Program-made: the position numbers and the translations under genes
Part shown: piece after piece, positions 41,569 to 49,040 of the stretch
Layout of the letters: the number at the start of each line of letters is the position of its first letter
How positions within the stretch are numbered: position 1 is the first letter of the stretch
The notes under the pieces: generated by a model
Databases searched by the model: none
What the model saw: the letters and a program-made list of their open reading frames with translations, nothing else
Told to the model about the DNA's origin: nothing
From: Planctomycetota bacterium
GTDB lineage: Bacteria; Planctomycetota; UBA11346
Direction of reading: 5' to 3'
NCBI GenBank assembly: GCA_013696105.1
Contig: JACCZE010000036.1
Coordinates: 13,891-77,890, forward strand
Length of the DNA stretch: 64,000 nt

Positions 41569-43407
41569 CTACCTCGTCGTCGCAACGGCAACACGTTTGC
41601 GCAGCTCCGCGAGCCAAGTCTCGGCCTTGCGGGCGGCGACCCGCGGTGGGAGTTCACCGGTCTGTGGCAGGACCACCACCCGCGCGGCCGGCTTGGACAG
41701 GAGCCCGCGCTCATCGCGCGGGTCGCTCTGCGCCAGGACGATGACGGTCTCGGCCGCCACGCTGCGGATCGTCGACAGGTCGGTATTCTTGTCTGATCCG
41801 ACAACGCACGCCAGCTGAGGACGGAGATCCGACACCGCTTTCACGAGATCGGCCCCCGATGCCCGGTACAGGATGACGGCAGGGATCTTCACGGCTTCGG
41901 ACCGCACGGACGCGAGCGCCGCGGCGGCGGCCGCTTCGTCGCCGACGATCGCGAGCGCCCGATAGCCGGCGTCCGCAGCGTAGCGGAGATCCCACTGCAA
42001 CTCATCCCGGGCGATGCACCCGGGCGGCGCGACGAAGAGCACGAGGGGCGCGGAGGCCGCCTGCGCCAGCGGGGAGGCGTACCAAAACTCGTTCCGACCC
42101 TGGGGTTCGAGGATCCGGACATCGCTCCCGCGGTGGAACAGCGTCGCGAGCGCTTCGCGGGTCGGGGCGGCCACCACGTACGGATGCACCGTGCCATCGC
42201 CCGTCGTGAACCCCGGCAGCGACACGTCGGCACGCACGTCCCATTTGGACCGCGGAGCTGCCCACTCGCGCCGCGGATCGGGACGGCGCGCGAGTTCACG
42301 GATGAACCGCAGGCAGACGTCCCGCGCCTGATCGCTCGGCTTGTGGTGGAAGAACGAGCGCTCCTGCCCGCGGCCCGTCCAATCGGGCGCGGTGACGAGC
42401 CGGATCGCGACCAGACCGGCATCGTACTGCCGCGCGAACAACGCGTCGTTCCCGAGAAGGATCTCGTCGTCGTCGCCCATCGTCGTGGCCAGGATCGAGA
42501 ACCCTCGTTTCGCCGCCGACTCGGGCAGCCGTCGGCCGGACAGGCTCATGGCGCCGACGCATCCCCTGACGTCCGCGGCCAGGAGCTGCTGCGCCCAGCT
42601 GCCGCCGCCGGATCCTCCGAACGTCACGAATTCGATCCGCTCGAGCGTGAGCTTCACGGCCAGCGCGTCCACGGCGTCCTCGATCGCCTTGGCCGAACCC
42701 GATTCGCGGAAGTAGTAGCACCTCGACCGGTCGTCGTAGGCGACGGCTTCGGTGATCCCCTTGTCCGGAAGGCATCCGAAGACCGGGAGGCCGTAGATGG
42801 CCGCGATCGTGGACATCGTCGTCGCGAAATCGGATTCCTGTGGGTACGGACAGTAGCAGAGCCAGAGCGGGCCGGTCACCTCGGCTCCATCGGGCCCGCA
42901 GGGAAGTGCGTACTTTATCTCGACGCGGTCATTGTTCGGAATCGACGTCGCGATTTCGAGCGAGCCGGTGATGACCTGGAGCCGCTCACCGAGCGGAGGC
43001 GTCGGCAGATCGCGTGCGGCGGGCAGCGACGAACGTGCGTCGACATCGGCCATGGCGTCGAGAACGACGCGCATCCTGACTGGCTTCACTGATGGGCGCC
43101 CCAAAAGGGTCGAGCGGTCGCTCGGCGGGGCCTCATCGCTGGCCGTCCTCATCGCGTCGTAACGATCGCGGGCCGCTGTCGCAGAGGCTGCGAGTGCGGC
43201 AGCGGTGTCAGCCTCGACCTGGCGACGCTGCGCGTGGGCCACCGCCGGCGGGACCGCGAACGCGGCGATGGCGTTAATCACGACCAGTCCGAGCACGATC
43301 GCCGGCCACTCCCCCAGGGTCGAGGTCGTAGACCGCATGGGTTCGCGCACCGTGGCTCGGGCCATTTGCCCATGGCGGACGGGCGGCGCCGTCATTTTGC
43401 GAGGCAT
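41569..43407 (-). CDS. membrane-anchored protein with alpha/beta-hydrolase-like domain, function unknown
   Basis: Start at ATG 43407 or 43395 (the latter forms ATGA with the upstream stop). TM WPAIVLGLVVINAIAAFAV. Nucleophile-elbow-like FVTFGGSGGGSWAQ. Second Rossmann-like half follows. The track ORF 41569..43800 N-terminus overlaps the upstream gene. Confidence 0.55.
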   Translation of the reverse strand: MPRKMTAPPVRHGQMARATVREPMRSTTSTLGEWPAIVLGLVVINAIAAFAVPPAVAHAQRRQVEADTAAALAASATAARDRYDAMRTASDEAPPSDRSTLLGRPSVKPVRMRVVLDAMADVDARSSLPAARDLPTPPLGERLQVITGSLEIATSIPNNDRVEIKYALPCGPDGAEVTGPLWLCYCPYPQESDFATTMSTIAAIYGLPVFGCLPDKGITEAVAYDDRSRCYYFRESGSAKAIEDAVDALAVKLTLERIEFVTFGGSGGGSWAQQLLAADVRGCVGAMSLSGRRLPESAAKRGFSILATTMGDDDEILLGNDALFARQYDAGLVAIRLVTAPDWTGRGQERSFFHHKPSDQARDVCLRFIRELARRPDPRREWAAPRSKWDVRADVSLPGFTTGDGTVHPYVVAAPTREALATLFHRGSDVRILEPQGRNEFWYASPLAQAASAPLVLFVAPPGCIARDELQWDLRYAADAGYRALAIVGDEAAAAAALASVRSEAVKIPAVILYRASGADLVKAVSDLRPQLACVVGSDKNTDLSTIRSVAAETVIVLAQSDPRDERGLLSKPAARVVVLPQTGELPPRVAARKAETWLAELRKRVAVATTR

Positions 43408-43919
43408 AGGAGATTCACGGGGATCGTCAGCGTCGTAGCTTCGGCGCCGCGGCGGACGGTGATGGTGCATACGCCCGACACGTGTCCGGGCGTCCGGGCC
43501 TGGAGCACGACGGTCGCTCCTTCCGAGGTAGTCGCGGAGGACACGAGTCGAGCGTCGGGCGAGGTGAATGAATCGACGGTGAGGGAGACATCGGGAAGGG
43601 CTGCCTCCGATAGCCGGATCCGCCGTTCCGAGGGTTCCTCCGCGGTGAGGATCCCGGTCGCAAGTTGGCCGCAGTCGACGTACGGGTGCTTGGTCGTGTG
43701 GGCGATAGAGACAACGCGCCTGCCGACATTGGACTCCACCGTCGCCGAAAAGGGCTCGACCCCGAGCTGCGTGCCCTCGAACGTGACATCGAGGAACCAC
43801 CGTCCATCGTCCGTGCGGCGGACGCTGGTCACGCCCGGCCGACTCGCCTGGGCGACCGCGAGGCTCGTTACCGGCTGCTCGGCCGTCACCTCGACCGTGA
43901 GCCGCGTCATCTCTCCCAT
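43392..43919 (-). CDS. hypothetical beta-rich protein (no signal peptide), partner or continuation of the DUF1573 gene
   Basis: 175 aa. MGEMTRLTVEVTAEQPVTSLAVAQAS...VCTITVRRGAEATTLTIPVNL. A second Met at 43910 forms ATGA with the upstream stop. Confidence 0.45.
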   Translation of the reverse strand: MGEMTRLTVEVTAEQPVTSLAVAQASRPGVTSVRRTDDGRWFLDVTFEGTQLGVEPFSATVESNVGRRVVSIAHTTKHPYVDCGQLATGILTAEEPSERRIRLSEAALPDVSLTVDSFTSPDARLVSSATTSEGATVVLQARTPGHVSGVCTITVRRGAEATTLTIPVNLLCLAK

Positions 43920-44308
43920 CGATGTCGCACGACCATGGGCACGGGCGGAACGAACGTCATGGCCGTCTTCACCTTGGCGCGAATGGCGATATCCGGGCCA
44001 GCCGTGCGCGTCCCGTCGATGAGAAAGACCGGTTGCACGCTGGTCGTGAAATCGCGATGCCGGAGCCGGGCGTCAATCGTCGCGTGGATCGCGACGGCCG
44101 CACCAGCGTTGACGGGCATAGGCTCGACCCGGGGCGTGAAGCAGCCGCAGCCGCTTATGACCTCAACCAGGGTCGCATCGACGCCGAGCTCGTTCGGGAT
44201 TTCGATCGTCGTCTCGAGGATCTCGTCCTCACGGACGGAGAGGGCGATCTCGGCCGCGGACGCCCGGACCGCCGCGAGCGCGGCAAGGAGCACGAGGATG
44301 CGAAACAT
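43907..44308 (-). CDS. DUF1573 domain protein (secreted)
   Basis: 133 aa with signal peptide MFRILVLLAALAAVRASA. DUF1573 hallmark EVISGCGCFTPRV and a beta-sandwich pattern. Confidence 0.7.
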   Translation of the reverse strand: MFRILVLLAALAAVRASAAEIALSVREDEILETTIEIPNELGVDATLVEVISGCGCFTPRVEPMPVNAGAAVAIHATIDARLRHRDFTTSVQPVFLIDGTRTAGPDIAIRAKVKTAMTFVPPVPMVVRHRWER

Positions 44309-44314
44309 CGGGTT

Positions 44315-45550
44315 TCAGCGGGTGTAGCGAGCGATCGCGTCGTGCGCGTACTTCGCCTGCTGGCTGTCGGGGAAGTCTGTCGCCACGCGCGTGTACCATT
44401 CGATCGCCTGGTTCTTCTCGCCCAGCTGCGCGAGGCAGCCCGCGAGGTCATCGTACACCATCGGCATCAGCGACCGACGCGACGCCACGGCCGGATCGGT
44501 CGACGACTTCGTCAGATCCGTCTTGGTCAATTCAAACAGGTGCGTGGCAGCAGTGCGCGGATCGCCCGCGAGACGATAGACGGTTGCGAGAGCGTACCGC
44601 AGCTCCCACGCGTCGGGATCCGGGTATTTCGTGAGCGCCTCCTCGGCGAGCGGCTTGAATTCGACGTCGGTCAATGCCCGGCGTTTATGTTTCAACGTGA
44701 GCGCCGAGGAATACGTGTTCTTCGCCGACCGCGCATCGCGCAGGGCGGTCGCGAATTCGCGCCACTGCGGAGTCGCCTCCTGCGGAAGGAATCGCGTAGT
44801 CGCCGTGATCGCGACGTACCCTGGTTCCCAGATCGGGGAGGAGGAGCGATCGGTGGCGGCGACGGAGGCCATGATGCGCTCGGCCTTGTGGTACTGGACG
44901 GCGGCATCCGCGTAGGCTCCGCGCTTCGCCAGGCGTTCGGCGCGCATCATGGCCAGATGGATGGCGGATTCCTTCAGCGCCGGCGTGGCGGACGCATCGA
45001 GCGCCTCGGCGGCCGTCGCCGCGCTGGTCTCGAACCGCCGTTGCGCGCCATCGTCAGCGCCGGCTTCCCTGGAGAGGATATCGTCGAGGCAGGCGAGATT
45101 GTACTGGAGCTTCGCCTTCTTGTCCCCCTCGGCCTTCGTCAGCATCAGCTCATTGAGCTGCCGCGCCGACTGCCAGTCGCCGAGCGACCCGTACAGGCCG
45201 AGCAGCCGATGGCGGATATCCTGCGCCGCCGGCTCGGGAGCGATGGCGAGGGCAGCGCTCAGCGTCTTCGCCTGGCCCTGCCACTCGACGACCAGGTCTT
45301 CCCGGCTCAGTCCGCTTGAATTCCGCACGAACTGCTGGTGATCGCGAACTGCCTGATCCCACGTCTCGGCCTGGGGGACGGACGCGCGCGGGGGTGACAG
45401 GAGTCGGCTGGTCTGCCAGGCGAGCCCTGCCAGCGCCGCGATCGCGAGCGTCATCAGGAGGAATTTCTTCCAGCGTCCTGAGCGCGCTGGCTGCGTGTTC
45501 GACGATTGGCTGGTGGTCATTGCTGCGTCCCGATGCGTCACTCGACGCAA
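44315..45550 (-). CDS. membrane-anchored TPR-like repeat protein
   Basis: 411 aa. TM KKFLLMTLAIAALAGLAW. Helical repeats throughout. C-terminal LAQLGEKNQAIEWYTRVATDFPDSQQAKYAHDAIARY is TPR/YbgF-like. Start is 45550 (13-nt overlap upstream) or 45520. Confidence 0.6.
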   Translation of the reverse strand: MRRVTHRDAAMTTSQSSNTQPARSGRWKKFLLMTLAIAALAGLAWQTSRLLSPPRASVPQAETWDQAVRDHQQFVRNSSGLSREDLVVEWQGQAKTLSAALAIAPEPAAQDIRHRLLGLYGSLGDWQSARQLNELMLTKAEGDKKAKLQYNLACLDDILSREAGADDGAQRRFETSAATAAEALDASATPALKESAIHLAMMRAERLAKRGAYADAAVQYHKAERIMASVAATDRSSSPIWEPGYVAITATTRFLPQEATPQWREFATALRDARSAKNTYSSALTLKHKRRALTDVEFKPLAEEALTKYPDPDAWELRYALATVYRLAGDPRTAATHLFELTKTDLTKSSTDPAVASRRSLMPMVYDDLAGCLAQLGEKNQAIEWYTRVATDFPDSQQAKYAHDAIARYTR

Positions 45551-46206
45551 GGTACCTCTACGGCGCGAATGGCCACGTGATCACCGAATCCGTCGCTGAG
45601 CGTCGCCGTCGACGTCAGCGAGCCGCCCGGGTACGTGACGGGCGTCGAATCGTAGTAGACTGATGAGCACGGGACGCCCAGGAAAAGATTCTTGGCTGAA
45701 AATCCTGCCGTGCACGTGTACGTCGAGACGATCGGGAGGGTGACATCGATCTGCTTGTAGAGGTCCCAGTAGAACCAGATGTGCTTTCTCGGCGTGCCTT
45801 CGGCGGTGAAGGTGTTCGAATACGTCTTCTGCCACTGCGCCTCGAAAGCCGTCGTTACCGTATCTTTAATGAATTTGACGTCGAACGACACGGCGTTCGA
45901 CACGGTGATCTTGAACGAGGTCGTGCCCGTGAGCGTCTTCGAGCAGCCTGTCTTCCCGCCATCGGTCCCGCACATGTTGACGTCGCAGGAGGCATGGTTC
46001 ACCGGGCCGTCGTAGCGGCCTGCGACGGGCTTGCCGGTCACCACGTCCTGCCGATCGCAATCGACGTAGGTGTAGCATTGGTTGGTGAATGCCCCCAACG
46101 GGATGGGCATGCACGCATTGGGCGCTTCGCTCGGATCGACGGCGACTCCGAATGCGCAAGTGACGGTGGACGAAAGGATGAACAGGATGGAGAGCAGAGA
46201 CCGCAG
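45538..46206 (-). CDS. small Cys-rich secreted beta-rich protein, function unknown
   Basis: The track ORF starts at ATG 46110, but the in-frame upstream 32 codons encode a signal peptide (LRSLLSILFILSSTVTCAFGVAV). These are preceded by AAGAGGAG (46213..46220) 6 nt before CTG 46206. The mature part has 8 Cys and is rich in Thr/Ser/Lys/Phe/Tyr, and the gene looks lower in GC than its neighbours. Confidence 0.55.
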   Translation of the reverse strand: MRSLLSILFILSSTVTCAFGVAVDPSEAPNACMPIPLGAFTNQCYTYVDCDRQDVVTGKPVAGRYDGPVNHASCDVNMCGTDGGKTGCSKTLTGTTSFKITVSNAVSFDVKFIKDTVTTAFEAQWQKTYSNTFTAEGTPRKHIWFYWDLYKQIDVTLPIVSTYTCTAGFSAKNLFLGVPCSSVYYDSTPVTYPGGSLTSTATLSDGFGDHVAIRAVEVPCVE

Positions 46207-46232
46207 GCGAACTCCTCTTGGCAGGGGGGTGG

Positions 46233-47651
46233 TTACTTAGCCCCCAGATGAGGCGGGTCAAGAACCCTTTGTAACGGTTGTTTCGCTAGGAAGACTGACA
46301 GCGGGAGCAGCCAATCACGGCGTAAGTCTTTTTTGAAGCTATAATTATATCTTTGGCGAGCGTCGTTGCCCGCCATCACCGGAGGTCCGGACGAACGGAG
46401 CTCGACCAGTGCGGCGGCGGGCGAACGGTGTCGGGCGATTTCCTCCAGCGGCAGAGGCGGATCGATGAGCACGATCCGGTCCGCACGCGCGAGGCACTCG
46501 GCGATGCGCACCGACACCAGCCCCTTCGACCTGCCATCGATCGTCGGCGTCAGCTCCTCGACCGGACCTGCCAGGATGAGCGCGGTGGTCGGAGCCTGGG
46601 CCAGTTCGGCGGCGTCCGCGAGCGTCCTGGCCCATCCGATCGAGGACCTTCCCACGTCACGCGTCATCGCCGCTCGCAGCACGGGACCCCATTGATGGCC
46701 GAGGATGTCGCGATTGCCGCCGACGATGATGACATCGAGGCTGCGCGCACCGAGGGGGAGGACCGAGCGGGTCGAGATGGCGATCGGTTCGCGCGGCTTC
46801 GACCCGGCGAGTTCCACCACCTGGATGATGCCGATCGCAGCGAACAGACTCGCTGCGATCGCGACAAGCGTTGCGGTGCGCGAGACCATGAATGACATCG
46901 TGACGACGCCGGCTCCTGAACAGAGAGCGATCGCCGTGAGCAGCGGTGAGACGTCGAGCCGATTGAACGACCACATGCACACGGACGAGAGGAAGACGGC
47001 TGCGAACAGCCGCAGCGCGACGGCGAAGCGGTGACCGCGGGCACCTAGGATGAATGCGACCAACGGCACCAGCCAGGCGAAGACGTATGCGATGCGGCCG
47101 GCGGTCGCATGCGTCGCGAGGGTCTGCAGGTGCCCCGACACGAGCGCATGTTGAGGAGTCAGTGATGACGCCGGCCTGTAGAAATCGGTGTACGCGGCGC
47201 CGGGATCACGCCACCCCTCCGGCGCATCGTGCACCATGCGCGCAAAGGCGGCGATCTGTTCCGTCCGGTGGAGGACGGATCGATCGGCGGAGATGTATCC
47301 GATCGACGAGCGTCCATGCGTCGCCGCACAGGCGATCAGCGCCGCCAGGGCCGCTGCGGAGACAGCCACGGTACCGCGTCTGTGCGGAGCGAGGCGACCG
47401 ATCGCGCCGATGACCATGCACACGCCCACGATCGCGCCCAGCAGAGAGCCCCTCGAAGCGGTCAGGTCGATCCCGATCAGCGCGAGCGCGTAGGCGATGA
47501 GCGCGGGGAAGTACAGGCGCCGGTCGTCCGATCGAACGAGCGCGGCCGTGAGCGCGAGGATGGAGATGATCGCGAGGACTGCGCCCGTCCGGTTGGCGTC
47601 CCCTGTCCACCAATCGAGCCGATGGCCGAGGAAGCCATGCCACAACGTCAT
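46233..47651 (-). CDS. O-antigen ligase (Wzy_C)-like membrane protein with extra C-terminal soluble domain
   Basis: 472 aa. GDANRTGAVLAIISILAL...DLTASRGSLLGAIVG...HALVSGHLQTLATHATAGRIAYVFAWLV resemble Wzy_C/WaaL-family motifs. There are fewer N-terminal TMs than usual (an in-frame stop lies 2 codons upstream of the ATG). ~190-aa non-membrane tail. Confidence 0.65.
   Translation of the reverse strand: MTLWHGFLGHRLDWWTGDANRTGAVLAIISILALTAALVRSDDRRLYFPALIAYALALIGIDLTASRGSLLGAIVGVCMVIGAIGRLAPHRRGTVAVSAAALAALIACAATHGRSSIGYISADRSVLHRTEQIAAFARMVHDAPEGWRDPGAAYTDFYRPASSLTPQHALVSGHLQTLATHATAGRIAYVFAWLVPLVAFILGARGHRFAVALRLFAAVFLSSVCMWSFNRLDVSPLLTAIALCSGAGVVTMSFMVSRTATLVAIAASLFAAIGIIQVVELAGSKPREPIAISTRSVLPLGARSLDVIIVGGNRDILGHQWGPVLRAAMTRDVGRSSIGWARTLADAAELAQAPTTALILAGPVEELTPTIDGRSKGLVSVRIAECLARADRIVLIDPPLPLEEIARHRSPAAALVELRSSGPPVMAGNDARQRYNYSFKKDLRRDWLLPLSVFLAKQPLQRVLDPPHLGAK
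46234..46261 (-). promoter_or_regulatory. candidate sigma-70-type promoter for the Cys-rich protein operon
   Basis: Minus-strand TTGACC (46261..46256), 16-nt spacer, TAAGTA (46239..46234). It sits ~15 nt upstream of the AAGAGGAG ribosome-binding site and overlaps the stop of the upstream ORF. Confidence 0.3.
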
Positions 47652-48226
47652 CGCTCACCAGATGCGCTCTGTCCGAGAGCCGACCCGTATTCGCCACGAC
47701 CTGGTCGGCGTCGTCGCGATTGGCGACTCCGTCGGATCGCGGCTTCATTCCCGCGCGCGTTCACCCGCCCACTCACGGAAGAGCCTTCAGGACTGGACCC
47801 CATGTCGCGGATACGCCGCTCGATGGCTCCAAGGCATCGGATACCAGCCCGCGACGGATCCGCGTGACCGGATAGGCGACCCGCAGCGCAGGATGAAAGG
47901 CGCAGCCCGGAGCCTGCTTGCCGCAATGCGGAAGCGGCCGTCGTGACCAGACGCGCGTCCGCATATCGTCGATCACCGGCCTGCCGGCACACCAACGCGG
48001 CGACATCCGCAGCGACCGAGCGGCTGATCGCCGCAGGTGTGTTCACGCTGGTCCAGGCGATCGGGCGCATCCCGAACATCGTACCGATCGTTGCTGCCAA
48101 CCAAGCGTCGCCGGCCGACGTCCCAGGCATTTCCATGGCATCCGCCCACGGGCGAATCGTCCCTGTCCGGGAAAATACAATAAGGACACCCCCTCCCCCT
48201 GCCTCACCTCCAAACAGCCTCACCAA
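47648..48226 (-). CDS. hypothetical ORF of doubtful coding status
   Basis: 192-aa ORF whose stop forms ATGA with the ligase-like start. The first half is protein-like, but the second half (RRSRQSRRRRPGRGEYG) looks like GC-driven noise. It could be a decayed gene. Confidence 0.25.
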   Translation of the reverse strand: MVRLFGGEAGGGGVLIVFSRTGTIRPWADAMEMPGTSAGDAWLAATIGTMFGMRPIAWTSVNTPAAISRSVAADVAALVCRQAGDRRYADARLVTTAASALRQAGSGLRLSSCAAGRLSGHADPSRAGIRCLGAIERRIRDMGSSPEGSSVSGRVNARGNEAAIRRSRQSRRRRPGRGEYGSALGQSASGER

Positions 48227-48354
48227 TCCATCGAACCATCAATCCGATCCGCGCACCACCGCCGCGCCCAGATCGGCACCGGCGTACCGCTGCGCCCTGT
48301 CCATCCCTTCACGCTTGAGCTGCAGAATCCAATCCCCGATGGTTACGCTGGGTC

Positions 48355-48786
48355 ATGACGAATTCCTACGCCGAGACGGTGATCGCCGTCACCGATGACA
48401 ATCCGAGCGATCTCGAGCTGGCCGCCGAGGGCCTGCAGGCATCCGGCTTGCGATCCCGCATCGACTCGATCCTCGGCGGCCCTGAAGCGCTGGCCTACCT
48501 GCGATCGGTGGCGCACGACCCGGTGCATGCGCCCGGTCTCGTCCTGCTCGACATCAACATGCCGCGGGTGGTCGGATTCGACCTGGTGACGTTCATCCGA
48601 TCCGAACCGGCGCTGGTGAAGACGCCGGTCTTCATGTTCATCACCAGCATCCGCGACCGGGATGTGAAGCAGGCCGAGACCCTGGGAGCCACCGGCTATC
48701 TGACCAAACCCGCGACCTTTGCCGAATACGCCAACGTCGCCGCCTTCATCACCCCGCACCTGCAGCGATCCGGCTCAGCGGGCTGA
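48355..48786 (+). CDS. single-domain CheY-like response regulator
   Basis: 143 aa. VIAVTDDNPSDLEL, LVLLDINMPRVVGFDLVTFIRSEPALVKTPVFMFITSIRDRDV, GYLTKP. Paralogue of 1..332. No kinase gene is adjacent. Confidence 0.85.
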   Translation: MTNSYAETVIAVTDDNPSDLELAAEGLQASGLRSRIDSILGGPEALAYLRSVAHDPVHAPGLVLLDINMPRVVGFDLVTFIRSEPALVKTPVFMFITSIRDRDVKQAETLGATGYLTKPATFAEYANVAAFITPHLQRSGSAG

Positions 48787-48803
48787 GGCCTTGGATCGGG
48801 GAA

Positions 48804-48882
48804 TGTCGTTCATGGGGTGACCACCTGTCTGCGAGCGTGGCTCGCTTATGGGGTGGTCCACTGAAACGGGGGGAGGATCACC
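48804..48882 (-). mobile_element. solo IS3-family left-end fragment (terminal repeat + 5' leader + first 3-4 orfA codons)
   Basis: 79 bp matching 40677..40754 with one C/T mismatch and one extra G, in the same orientation. The match ends after atgaacgaca. Confidence 0.8.
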
Positions 48883-49040
48883 GCGTCTCTCAACCAATCG
48901 CGCAGAAAGCACCAGAGCCGGATCTCCGCCAGAGCCAGAGCCAAACGCCGGCTGCCCATCGTGGTATGGCGCCGAGCCCGTGAACGATTTCTGGGAACCA
49001 TGACCCCTCCCTCCCCGTCCAATGGGCGGAGGTAGCCGCC

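Noticed and set aside
40754-48803. The IS-bracketed 8-kb segment as a prophage, integrative element or defence island
   Set aside because: It has no integrase, recombinase, phage structural gene, tRNA attachment site or recognisable defence gene (nuclease, helicase, methylase, toxin-antitoxin). Its content is envelope and redox proteins.
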